Part shown: positions 41,116 through 53,653 of the stretch, piece after piece
Layout: the number at the start of each line of letters is the position of its first letter
Numbering within the stretch: the stretch's first letter is position 1
NCBI RefSeq assembly: GCF_026210795.1
Contig: NC_089430.1
Location: 5,704,001 to 5,768,000, forward strand
DNA from: Rhizophagus irregularis
Taxonomy: Eukaryota
DNA length: 64,000 bases
Direction of reading: 5' to 3'
Notes under the pieces: model-generated
Told to the model about the DNA's origin: nothing
The model's input: only the letters and a program-made list of their open reading frames with translations
The model's database searches: none
Translations under genes and position numbers: made by a program

Positions 41116-41510
41116 TAACAATAAACTAACTACCATGTTCAGATTTTTAACGCGTCTCAATTGTAAATGGTGTTTCAGCCATAGTTATTTACTTATGCAA
41201 AGGTAGATTATTTATTGGTTTGGATTATTTTAACAGGAAGCGAAAGTTTTACATGAATTGGATGATATTGGAAATTTGTGATCACGAAATTTAGGGATAT
41301 AAAAACAAAAAAACTATATATGACAGGTCTTCAATTTGTTTTTTTAATGGTTTTCTTAAAATTTTTACGTTTTTGCTTACAATAAAACTTTATAACTTTT
41401 ATTAATTAATACTATTAAAGATTTATCAGGAAAATTTAAAATTTAAATATGAATAAAAATGTTAAGATTTATTGTACAAAAAAAAAATTTTTTTTTTTAC
41501 GAAAATATTA

Positions 41511-41705
41511 CAGTCAAAGCTCGTTATAGTGAATCTCGTTATAGTGAACATTAAGTAAAATCGTGTTATAGTGACCTATTGATTTTTTTCTTTATAATTA
41601 ATTTCTCTCGATATAGTGAATTTTCTTAATAAATCTCGTTATAGTGAAAAAAAGGTAAAAAATTATATAGTGGAACGGAAAGTTCACTATAACGAGCTTT
41701 GACTG
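41511..41705. mobile_element. pogo/Tigger-type MITE
   Basis: Perfect TIR CAGTCAAAGCTCGTTATAGTGAA / TTCACTATAACGAGCTTTGACTG with TA TSD; internal copies of CGTTATAGTGA. Confidence 0.92.
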
Positions 41706-44566
41706 TATTTTATTTTATTTCATTTTACGAAAATTTTAGTAATTTCGAACAATTAATTTTGCCCAAAATTACAGTCACGTGGGGATGAAAAATCTTGAGG
41801 CGACGCTGGGGTAAATCGTATATTTATCTGAGGGACTTAGTTTTTTCGAGTAGGTAAAAAATTATTCGTCACAAATTATTCGTCACTGTTCATTTTCACG
41901 TGTAAGTGCATAACGGTTACAAGTCACGTGACTACCACTTTTTTTTTTCGCCATGGCTAGGGTACTATTTTTCCAATATTTGACGTAATTCTTTAGGTTG
42001 GTCTATTTTCTGCTTTAGCATTCCAACATTTAATAATCAAATCTACAATTAATTTTGGTGTATCTTTAGAAATTTTTGATCTAAATCCTTTACATATTTT
42101 AACAACCAAAAAATGATGAGGAATATCATTATAAGGAATTTCTTCTGACATAAGTTCATTCATTATTATTCCAAATGAGTAAATATCAGCTGCTTTTGTA
42201 TATTGATATCCACGGGTGCCATATAAGGTATTACTCCACAAATTCCTTTTCGCTCATTATCATTTACTGGTTGACACATTCCCAAATCACTAATTGTTAG
42301 TACATAATTATGATTATCATGTAATATATTTCCCGAATGAAAATCTTTATGAATATTTCCAGCATCATGAATATCTGAAAGTCCATCTATAATATAAAAT
42401 AAAAAATCCATTTTGATTTTATAATCTAAACCTTTCGTTAAAGTATTTCTCAAATTTCCTCCCACACAATATTCTAAAGCCATCATATAATCTTTAGTAT
42501 TTGGATCTTGAGTTATTCCAAAACACATAACAGTATTAGTAGCATGAACATGACCTGAAATATAATAATTAATCTAAAATCATTAAAAAGAGAAATTTTG
42601 TTAATAAATTACGTATTAAAATACAAATATTAATAAGCAATATTTATTTTAATTACCTCATATAAAAAATTATTACTCATATTAGATGAATTATTTAAAC
42701 TTTTCATGCAACTTTTCTTGGAGTTCGGACCCATTCTTGATTTTCAATATCCTAATACCAAATATTTCCTTCAGGCCAGTCAGCCAAATAAATTTACCTC
42801 TGGTAAGATAGGTAACATTGTCAAATTTTTCAAAAGGTATCCATTCAAGACATTTTACATAAAATACATGAAAAAAAGCATTAAGTTGTGATTGCTGTAT
42901 TAATTCATCAAATATTTTTATTTCCACTAGTCTAATTTTTAAAATTTTCCTTTAATCTTTTAGCATTACAAGATTGACACCAATGCCATCCTGTACCTGG
43001 TTCATTACATTCCCCACATACTCCATATATATACTTCTTTTCTTTTTTCTAAATCCATAATATTTACTTTTTTAAGAATGGAAATAGTTTCATCTGATTC
43101 AGTAGTTGCATCAGTTGAAAAAATTGTAGCGTGGGACTATCAATTACATAATGAACCTTAGAATTTTGTGTTATGTTATGACCTCATGACTAAAGGTTCC
43201 TTTTTAAAAGTTTCAGTTGTTTTATATGTAAATGGCAAAAATTTCCTTTTTAGATAGAACTTTTATGATAAAATTAACTTTCTTTTTACTTTATTGATAA
43301 AACGTGATATTTTGATACTGTAAGCAATTTTATTTCTTGTGTTTGGTAAAAAATTAAATATAATGGTTTCAAAATTATGCGATCATGTGTCGTCTTGTGT
43401 CGAACATTTTTTATTCTAGTTTCGTTTCTCCAATAAAAATATTTATTGAACACATTTTATAAGTGTATAGAGTTTTTATATGAAAAACCTGTTGTTATAT
43501 CCCTAAAAAAAAGTTGATGTTTGAACTTTTAAAGGTTCACAATATTAAAAATCATACTGAAGAAAGTTGCTCTTTTAACAGAAAAGTAATTTTATGAGAT
43601 CAAATAACGATGATAGGATGTATTATTTATTATATATTGTTATAATTAGTTAATTGTGAAATTGTCTAATTAATACATTTTCTATTAGTGTTAGATATTG
43701 TATGACATAAATTATTAGATTGAATAAACTTTTGGGAAACTATGAAAACTATGCAATAGTTATAAATTAAATATATAATTTTATTCAAATTGTTTTTTTA
43801 ATATACTGTAATAATTTAACATCATATTTTAATTTGTATATAGAAATTTATTTTTATTAAATTAAATGACACTAAATTTCGATTCTTTATTTGACTTATT
43901 TATGCGGGTTATGTTTAATTTTTATAAAATTTTTAAAATTCAAAATTCAAAATTCAAAATTTCTTATTAACATGTGGTTATGTCACATGATTTGTTGATC
44001 ATTTGTGTGTTGTTTCGAATGTTTCGTCATTTAATTTTGAAAGCCACTATAAAAAATATGTAAAATTGACAAATAATGAAATTTAAAAATACACTACAAG
44101 ATGTTGTTAAAAAGTATGCCAAAATCAACAAAGGACAATATTCCAAAGAGTTTTCAACCCATTTTGCCGCTCAGTAATACCAATTTTTAATTACACAATA
44201 GTTTAACTGAATCTATGTTTAAAATTAAATTAATTTTTGTATACAATATGCATTTTATATGTAGAAATTTTTAAATGAAAGTCTCTTTATAATGAAACTA
44301 AACTTTTTATTGTTAAATTTATCATTACGAAAGAGAGTCTACTGTAGATCTTAGTGATTTATAAAAACCGCAATGATAAATTTAATTGTTGATCAAGATT
44401 ATTGTGTGTATTTTAACTAGTCTATTTTTTGATAATTTTGTTGCCGATCTCAAAATCATTGCAACAGTTTCACCACTTTTTTTTTCTTTTCCTTTATTAT
44501 TTTTTAATAATTCTTACATACGAATTAATAACATCATATTTTTTGTTCAAAAAATTATTTATTAAA

Positions 44567-46201
44567 ATGGATGAAATTAAACTAAGTGATAATGTTATTG
44601 AACAAATAAAAGATTTTGACCACCTGTATCAGAATTTGACTGAAGAACAAAAATCGGTAATTGATAAACTAATAACAGACAAAGAATTAAAAGAACGTTA
44701 TAAAAAACATGATTTATGTAAAATTTGTAAGCAGCCTAATACTAATTATTATTATTGTCAGTCATGTGTTTCTAATCATTTTCAACAAAATTTCAAAAAT
44801 TGGACAAGTGGAAATCATAACGTTGATGAATTTATTCAAAAAGCACAATTAAAGACTAAAGATACTGCACATATCATAAAGTGGATTGAATATGATAAAT
44901 TTGAAGATGTTGAATATTTATCAAAAGGGGGATTTGGAACTACTTTTAAAGCAGTTTGGAAAGATGGTCCTTGGAATACGAATTATAACAATAATCAATT
45001 GGAAAGAAAAGGTGATACAAAAGTCGCTTTAAAGTGCTTATATAATTCACAAGATATTACAGCAGATTTTTTAAAAGAAGTAAGATAATTTTTTTATGAA
45101 TCTTCATTAATAGCCTTCATAAATGTTAAACTAACTATAATTTTCTTTTAAGGTTGAATCAAATATTTTAGTACATAATAGTTTCATAGTTCGTTGTTTT
45201 GGTATTACTAAAGATCCAAAAACAAATAATTTTATGATGGTAATGGAATTAAAAAATAGTAGTTTAAGACAACATTTAAATAACAACTTCATTTCACTGA
45301 ATTGGGTGCAAAAGTTGTATAGTTTAACTGGTATTACAATTGGTCTTGAAAATATTCATAAAAAAGGATTAATTCATCATGATTTTCATTGTGGAAATAT
45401 ATTAATTAATTTTGGTCATTACACTTATATTACTGATTTGGGATTATGTCAACCAGCAAATGCCAAATCCCCTCAAAATAGTAATAAAGAAATATATGGA
45501 GTGTTACCTTATGTAGCTCCAGAGATTTTAAGAGGAAAAGAATATACTCAAGCAAGTGATATTTATGGATATGGAATTATTGCATACGAAATTTGTACAG
45601 GGTTCCCTCCTTATCATGATATAGCTCATGATGAATTCTTAGCAATGAAAATTTGCCAGGGATTGAGGCCAAAGTCTAATTATAAAATTCCTCAATTGGT
45701 TTTTGACATTATTAATCAATGTTGGGATGCAGACCCTTTAAAACGACCAAATGCAGAAGAATTATTTAATTTAATTAATAATTTATTTTCTGATATTGCT
45801 AATAATAAAGTGGATTCTATAATTTATGGGCAAGTTAAAGAAGCGGATGAAATTAACAAAAAGTCATCTTCAACAGTTCAGTCACCATTATCATCTATTA
45901 GTACACTCCCATATATAACACATCCTCAAGCAGTTTACACGAGTAGGCTTTTAGATTTTAAAAATCTTCCAGAACCTAAAAATGCAGACAAAAATGATGA
46001 TTTAGAATATTCAGGTAGTTTTCTATAATGATTTAAATTTTTTTATGATGCTAACAACTAATATTTATAGATTCTTTAAAAATGGATTTTACTAAACTTG
46101 ATCTTAATTCTAAAGGTAATTACTTTTATATGTGATTTTTTTGATCTATTAGATTTTAACTAAATTGAATTAATTATTTTATTATAGATGAAACCAATTA
46201 A
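44567..46201 (+). CDS. TKL-type protein kinase (catalytic Asp present)
   Basis: Start MDEIKLSD; exons ~44567-45079, 45153-46014, 46071-46115, 46188-46201; CxxC..CxxC, KGGFG, VALK, HHDFHCGN, DLG, YVAPE. Confidence 0.9.
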
Positions 46202-46360
46202 GCTCAGATTACTTTAAAGGTAACATATCTATGTTTATTTTGTAATTATTTAATTTTATTTGTACAGTATTTTTTTACTTGGTCAAAGATTGAAGGAATT
46301 TTTTATGATTTAAATTTAACAATTGATATAAATTTTCTAATTTAATGTTCTAGTGTCTAG

Positions 46361-46432
46361 ACTGGAGTCCTGCACAAAGTCTATTTTTTGAAATCCGGCC
46401 CAGTCCGGTCCAGATCCAAACCAGAATCTCAT
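46361..46432 (+). mobile_element. Terminus of a hAT-like non-autonomous element
   Basis: ACTGGAGTCCTGCACAAAGTC..TTTTTGAAATCCGGCCCAGTCCGGTCCAGATCC; related to 36510-36584. Confidence 0.5.
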
Positions 46433-47255
46433 ATTATGGTACCTTTGAGAAAAAAAGCCATTTTTTAAAAAAAAAAATCTTCACATTTATTTATTAAAAA
46501 ACCTTTATATTACTTACTAAAAAAATATCTTTGTATTTACTTATTAAAAAAATTTCATATTTACTTTTAAAAAATTTTTTATATTGTATTTACTTATTAA
46601 AAAAAATTTTCTTATTTTTACTGTTTATTGAATAAAATTACCTTTAAATTTATTAAAATTTATTTACTAAAAAACTATCTATAGAAAAAATATTTACATG
46701 ATTTTTAAAAAAACAAAATTAAAAACATAAAAAGTTGGAAAAATGTAGTATATAAAAAAGCTATAAGATAAGCTAATTCTTTTTTTTTTTCATAGGAATC
46801 GAGAACTTCGCCTACAGATCGGATGGATCAGAAGAATTGGGAGACAAAAAAAAAAAAAAATCGTGTACGAAAAAAAATTTAATTCTTTTATAATTTTTTA
46901 TAAAAGGGAAAGCGTCTAATTCTTTTTTTTGTTTTGTAGGAATTTTTTTTTTATAGTAAATAAAATAATCATGAACAAAAGCCTAATCACATATAATTTT
47001 CAACAATCTATCTGGTCACCACACATCAACAAAATCTAGTTTTCCATATAAATAAACGAAGAACAGATTTTATTTAAAACTTCATACTTATTAATTTCTT
47101 TATACAGTGGTTCAAAATAAATATTAATCACATGACTCAGTAATGCAATATTACATAAATTATGTATCTTTCTCATCTCATTTCATTATTTTTTTTTTAC
47201 TTTTTTTATTTTATCCATAATCTCTGTATGATATATTCCTTATTTATTATTTATT

Positions 47256-47300
47256 ATGGAAGAAATTAAACTCAGTGATGAAGAATTTAAAGATTTCATT
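47256..47300 (+). pseudogene. N-terminal remnant of an MDEIKLSD-type kinase
   Basis: ATG GAA GAA ATT AAA CTC AGT GAT GAA GAA TTT AAA GAT TTC = MEEIKLSDEEFKDF, then unrelated sequence. Confidence 0.6.
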
Positions 47301-48565
47301 ACTAGTCACATAACTAATTTTATTTATACTGTAAAAAGTAAATTTTACTCCAATTTGTAATGATTGAAAATGCTGGATCTTTCCAGTTTTACCATCACTT
47401 TGACTTTTATACCTGTTTAACAGAAATGATTTATCCATTTCAAATTGGAAATACTATTAAAAAGTGTAAATTTTGTTTATCACTGATTTATATGTTAATT
47501 AGTTTATTTTTTTTCGTCCTTTATGAGTTTATGGATGTCTTGTCTTATAAATTGGTGTCAAAAATAATTTTTTTCTTTGACTGATCATCAAAAAAAAAAA
47601 AGATAAAATTTGAATGATTTTTTCATCTGAATTTGCAATCTAGTAATTCAGATTAGATCTTTGTATAACTAACATTCAGATCTGATTTCATCTTGTCAAT
47701 TGTAATACAAGGAATATGTTCTTTCTCTTTTTTAACTATGAATACTAGCTTTGCTAATTTATTGCCTGTAATGTTTAATCTAACAACGTAAAGGAAATAT
47801 TGAACGCAAAAATTGTACTACAAATTAATAAATAATTCAAATTTATAATATGTTTAATTTGATTTACTAACTCGATGAGAATTAGCATTGGAGATTTAAG
47901 ATACTTCTGGATCAAGTCAAACTTTTCTTTTAACATCCTAAGTGGCGCTAGAGGACCTTTTTATTTCCTGATACCTTAAATTTGTCCTTTAATTAAATGT
48001 TATTTCGTGTCTAAATTTCATCACATGGCATCAGTGGTTATTTAGATAATTTTTATTTTATTAAAAATAAATATATATTTGTTAATTAAAAAAAGAACTT
48101 TAATAAATAATCAAATGATATTTTTTTTAAAAAAAAATTATGTGTAATTTTTTCTTTAATCCACTACGACGATAAAAATAGAGAAATCATTCTTTTTTCT
48201 CTTAAATTTTAAATAGAGGATTCCAGAAAAGTAAGTTAATGTATTTCCTTTAATGTATAATAAATATATAGATATAAATATAAGATAATTTTTTAAACAT
48301 ATAAATTTTATAAACTTAAAACAAGTATAAAATAAAGTAATAAGGTTAGATTTGATGATAAACAAAATTTTGCTTTTACATTATTTTAACTATGTAAACA
48401 AAGAATTTAATTGCAATCTTCGGAATTAATATTGAGTTTGGTAAAATCAACTTTTATTGATTCTAATGTATATAAAAAGTCAGAAATAAATATTGTATCA
48501 AAAATATGATTTAATAAAACAAATTAAATTCATATAATTTACCTGAATGTTCTATTCCAAGTAAA

Positions 48566-49990
48566 TCAAACATTACTATCGGCATTTTTTGGTTCTGGAA
48601 GATTTTTAAAATCTAAAATTCTACTTGTATAAACTGCTTCAGGATGTGAAATATATGAGAGTGTACTTGTAGAAGATAATGGTGATTGAGCTGTTGAAGA
48701 TGGCTTTTTATTAATTTCATCTGCATCTTCAATTTGCTTATAAAACACAGTATTATTACGATTATTATATGATTCCTCTATTAACTCTTGTAATTCTTCT
48801 GCATTAGGTCGTTTTAAAGGGTCTGCATCCCAACATTGATTAATAATGTCAAAAATAAATTGTGGAATTTTATAATTAGATTTCGGTCTCAACCCATTAC
48901 AAATTTTCATTGCTAATAAATCATCATGAGCTATATCATAATAAGGAGGGAAACCTGTACAAATTTCATATGCAATAATTCCGAATCCATAAATATCACT
49001 TTTTTGAGTATATTTTTTTTCTCTTAAAACTTCTGGAGCTACATAAGGTAATACACCATATATTTTTTTATTACTATTTTGAGTATTTTGAGAGGATTTA
49101 ACATTTGCCGGTTGGCATAATCCCAAGTCAGTAATATAAATTTCATCATAATCGATTAATATATTTCCACAATGAAAATTTTTATGAATTAATCCTCTTT
49201 TATGAATATCTTTAAGAATAATTGCAATAAGACGTAAACTATGCAACTTTCCCGCCCAATTCATTGAAATGAAGTTGTTATTTAAATGTTGTCTTAAGCT
49301 ACACCTTTCTAAATCCATCACCATTATAAAATTATTTGTTTTTGGATCTTTGGTAATACCAAGACAACGAATTGTACCATGAATATAAAATACTGAAATA
49401 CTTGATCCAACCTTAAAAGAAAATTATAGTTAGTTTAACATTTATAAAGGCTAATAATACTAAAATCAGTAAAAATATCTTACTTCTTTTAAAAAATCTG
49501 CTGTAATATCTTGGGAATTATGTAAGCACTTTAAAGCGACTCTTGTTTCACCTTTCCTTTCCAATTTACAATTAAAATAATTCGATTTCCAAGGACCATC
49601 ATTCCAAACTGCTTTAAAAGTAGTTCCAAATCCTCCTTTTGCTAAATATTCAACATCTTCAAATTTATCATATTCAACCCACTCTATGACATTGTGTATA
49701 TTCTCGGCTTTTAATTGTGCTTTTTGAATAAATTCATCAACGTCATGATTTCCACTTGTCCAATTTTTGAAATTTTGTTTAAAATATTGTGTATTACATA
49801 ACTGACAATAAATAAAACCAGTATTAGGCTGCTTGCAACTTTTACATAAACCATTTTCTTTATAACGTTCTTTTAATTCTTTGTCTGTTATTAGTTTATC
49901 AATTAACGATTTTTGTTTTTCAGTCAAATGCTGATAGTTGAAGTCTTTTATTTGTTCAATAACATCATCACTTAGTTTAATTTCATCCAT
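48566..49990 (-). CDS. TKL kinase-like protein (predicted pseudokinase, HKN), inverted paralog of 44567
   Basis: MDEIKLSD start, KGGFG, VALK, HKNFHCGN, DLG, YVAPE; intron at the same position as the paralog. Confidence 0.9.
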
Positions 49991-50958
49991 TTTAATAAAT
50001 AATTTTTAAATAAAAAATATGTTAATAATTCGTGTGTAAAAATTACTAAAAAGTAATAAAGGGGGAAAAAAAACATGAAAGCGAAACGTTATTTTATGTT
50101 TGAAATGATTTCAAGATCGGCAGCAAAATTGTGAAACAAGACTAGTTAAAATACACAAAAGAACACAATTAATCTGATCGGCAATTAAATTTATCCAATT
50201 TTGGCAAATAAGGGTTTTTATTTAAATTTTCTATAATAGGTAAGATCAAATGACGAAATAACGTTCCACAGCTGTGGGTTTGAACTTTAAATATTAACAA
50301 AAAAAAATTGATTAACTTAATAAATAAATAATATAAAATAAGTAAAAATAAGATAAGATAAAATAGTTTACCACAAGAAAAAAAAATGATTAAATGAATA
50401 AAAAATAAAACAAAACAAAAATAATAAAATTCAATAAAGTAAAATAAAATATTTTTTCTGTAAAATATAAATAAGGTAACGAGTTTTATTAAGCTTTATT
50501 AATTTGATCAAAATTTTTTGGCGATATTCAGAGTGGTGCGGATCAATTGATTCGTGATCTGCTAGGCGTTACACTCTTTGCGTTTCTCATTTTCATAAGT
50601 ATTCTGGAAACTTTGGTTTTTACAAGGTGTGAAATCATACTTGTCGCTCTCATTTAATTTCCTAACGCAATAATGCCGGCCAAAAGTCATATGCATACAA
50701 TTTCCTTTTTTACATTTTAACAAGCTATGGTAAAGAGATTCCATAAGTTCTAGACTTTTAAAAAGATTATGTAAAAATGTAAAGAACAATAGGATCATCG
50801 AATGCATATTTAAATGACAATTTTTTCAGGTAATGAAATTCTATAAAAGGAATTACAATTTTTGTAACAAATAAAAGAGTTATGAGAATTTTAAAATCTT
50901 ATGTCTAGCGGGTTCCAAATGATAAATTATTCAGATTACTAATAATTTTTTTTTTATT

Positions 50959-51161
50959 AGTCCGGAGCGTAGCGAAGGACTCTATATGTTCTAGCCATGG
51001 TGGTACAAAATATCCCGTTATCCGTCCGCTTGTTCTTTGAGTCGACGTTTAATTGGTTTTTATATTACACGAAATTATCTTGATCGGTTAATTGAGCATG
51101 TGGTTATCTACCTATATACTGATAAGCTCCGGACTACGTAACGGTTTACCGTTTCCCTAGT
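50959..51161 (+). mobile_element. Short non-autonomous Helentron/Helitron2-like element (~200 bp)
   Basis: AGTCCGGAGC (50959-68) / GCTCCGGACT (51126-35) subterminal inverted repeat, hairpin AACGGTTTACCGTT, CTAGT end, T-rich left flank, no TSD. Confidence 0.72.
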
Positions 51162-51194
51162 AAATATTTAGATATATCATAACTTGGATGTTAG

Positions 51195-51489
51195 CCCTAT
51201 AAAAAAAGAAAATTCGGAATTTGTCCTGAAAAGTATGGAAAATGTCCAGAAATTTTCCGTGCGTCCGGAAAACATTTGGAAACGGTCACGTTTTGGAACA
51301 CTTTCCGGACGCACAAATTCCAGACATTTTCTTGACACTCCAGAATTTGTCCAGAATTTGTCCAGGATCGAGCGTCCGGAAAATGTTCCAAAACATGACC
51401 GTTTCCGAATGTTTTCCAGACGCACAGAAAATTTCTGGACATTTTCCATACTTTTCAGGACAAATTCTGAATTTTCTTTTTTTATAGGG
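51195..51489. mobile_element. Fold-back MITE with CCCTA termini and 3-bp TAG duplication
   Basis: Near-perfect ~120-bp inverted arms CCCTATAAAAAAAGAAAATTC.. / ..GAATTTTCTTTTTTTATAGGG; TAG on both sides. Confidence 0.88.
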
Positions 51490-53653
51490 TAGTGATATTA
51501 TAAACAAGATAGATTTTTTTATTAAAAGATAAGAATAGAAAAATTCGGAGAGATTGGAATTTTTAGCTAAAATTTAATAGCAAGAGAAAGTTTGCTGCCG
51601 ATTCAATTAAACATATTTTACATAGTAGTAATCTTAATGAAGGGGTTGTTGAAGAATTTTTAAATGAATGGTATCCTACTGAATCTAGAATGAGATTCAT
51701 TGAAGGAAATAATTATAAAGCTTATGGAGCTTGATTAGGTATCGTTCTTATACTTATTGGTGGAATTCTGTGGGTCATATTTATATCAATTACTTTTGTT
51801 TTAAAAAGAATTATTCCTTATTTTATTCAAAAACTAAAGAATGAATAATTTATAAAATCTTAAAATGTTAGGTTTTCTTTACACATGTCAGTACACATAT
51901 TTATATATTTTTTTTTTCATAGAATAATTTGTTGTTTCTTTATTTTTAATAAGTATGATTATTAAATCAAAACATTAAATACTCTGAAATTTGATATTAT
52001 CTTGATTATCGTCATTTTCGAAATAGTAGCGTTCAATTACGTATCACATGTTGATCAATGAAATACACCCCAAAATTTTAGGGACTCGCTCAATTAGCTA
52101 ATATGTAATAAATACAACATGGAAATAAATCCAAAATTTGCAACGCGGCATTAACTTTTAACATACAATTTAATATTTATGATAAATTTAATGATGCAGC
52201 GAACATTTTTTTTAGAGAGGTTTTTTATATATTTTTTTTTGTGATTATAATGCTTCGGACGCTCTTACAGTTCCCGTTCCTAAAGTATTATCTCTGTTAT
52301 CTGTAATGCCAATGACTGAAAGTTCGTGGTGATAAATACGTTTCACGAAATTACTTGCGATCAACTTTCCGAGGCATATGTTTGTCTTATCTGTCCCCAC
52401 TCCCCCTAACTACTTTGCGTTGAAATTTTATTTTTAATCATGATATTTTTAGTAAAATTTTAAACGTTTTATTATTATTATTTTTATTTTTTAACATAAT
52501 TTTTTTTATCTTGTAACTGATCAATGAAATAGTGGATGGAATTCTGTTTAATGCTGCACTTAAAAAGATTTTAATCACAAAAATAAATAAATGGAAAAAA
52601 AAACTAATTATTAATAATCACTTGATAAAATAATTTTGAACAGGCGGTCGGTTAAAAATTTGATTATTTTAGCTTAGAGGCTTGGATTTGTGCTTGTGTA
52701 ACTCAAGTCTTGAGTCAACTCGAGTTGGCTCGATTTGAACTATTTTGGCTATTTTAATAAATTTGAAATTGAAATCTATCCCTTGAAGTGATACCTTAGA
52801 AAATATTACTTCAAATAAAAATATATTTTTAAGCTTTGATCTATGAAATGGTTTTCTAAAAAAACTTTTAATAATGGATGATAGTCAATTAATTACAAAT
52901 ATATGTGAAATCTATATAATTTTTTTTTATTAAACTTATTAATAAATTTATTATGCAAAATATCATCTGAACTGCTTTTATTTGTAGCCGTAGAAATAGG
53001 GAAAACAAATCAAGTAAAGGAAGAAAATGTCTAATAAATTATCATAAAGTTTGATTATTAATATTATGTGGACTTTTTTATGAAAGTTATCTTACACTTT
53101 TTTTTAGATCTTGGACGCTATTTAACTAAAATTTAGAATATAAAGAACTGTGAAAATTATAATTAAATTTTAAATTATTTGAATCTTTTATCAACTTGTT
53201 TCATTTCTGCTTTTATATACTCATGATAATTTTTTTTAAAAAAATAATAAAAATTTTATATATAAAAATAATCAATATCGATTTTTTCAACCAATATTTT
53301 GAAATTTAATGACTAAGGACAAAAAGAATTATTATTACGAGGGTTGTTACACAAACAGCAAATACTTGCTTTTAATGGAAAAAAAGGAAGTTACGATATT
53401 ATAGTAACCTGTATCACGCGACAATAGTTGATCACTGCATTTATAGAATTCTTTTTATTCTTTCATGGAATTCTAGTCAGGAGTTCATTCAAAATTTTTC
53501 CATAATGAACTTCTAGATTAATTGTTTACTATAATTCTTTAGGATTTTGAACTCCTTACTTTAAATATATATACTAGAAGGTTTTCTTGAACGCTACAAA
53601 TAATTTATATATTTTTTGAATTAACAAAACAACAATTAATATAAATATTGTTT

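Larger units (their letters stand above)
38199..41816 (+). mobile_element. MULE (Mutator-like) transposon
   Basis: Long TIR CCAGCGTCGCCCCAAGATTTTTCACCCCACGTGAC / GTCACGTGGGGATGAAAAATCTTGAGGCGACGCTGG; 10-bp TSD CGTATATTTA (38189-38198, 41817-41826). Confidence 0.85.
38136..41965. mobile_element. Outer non-autonomous TIR element (MULE-like) inserted in the kinase
   Basis: Flanking direct repeat TATTTTTCCAATA (38123-38135, 41966-41978); imperfect inverted ends AAAAAAGTG..ATCACGTGACT / AGTCACGTGACTACCACTTTTTT; left terminus partly deleted. Confidence 0.6.
37590..43058 (-). pseudogene. TKL kinase pseudogene split by nested transposons
   Basis: Frameshifted pieces LEWIPFEKF, GITQDPNTKDYMM, HKDFHSGN, DLG, KAADIYSFG, CWNAKAENRPT (41966-43058); C-tail ILEKYISDSDDEG..THPQAIYTS*LLNFENLSEP resumes at 38135 downward. 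Confidence 0.88.

Noticed and set aside
44429..44566. Hydrophobic N-terminal extension (signal/TM) of the kinase ORF
   Set aside because: TTG-initiated, T-rich upstream sequence; the paralog starts at MDEIKLSD
51177..51507. Five overlapping ORFs on both strands
   Set aside because: Artefacts of the palindromic MITE
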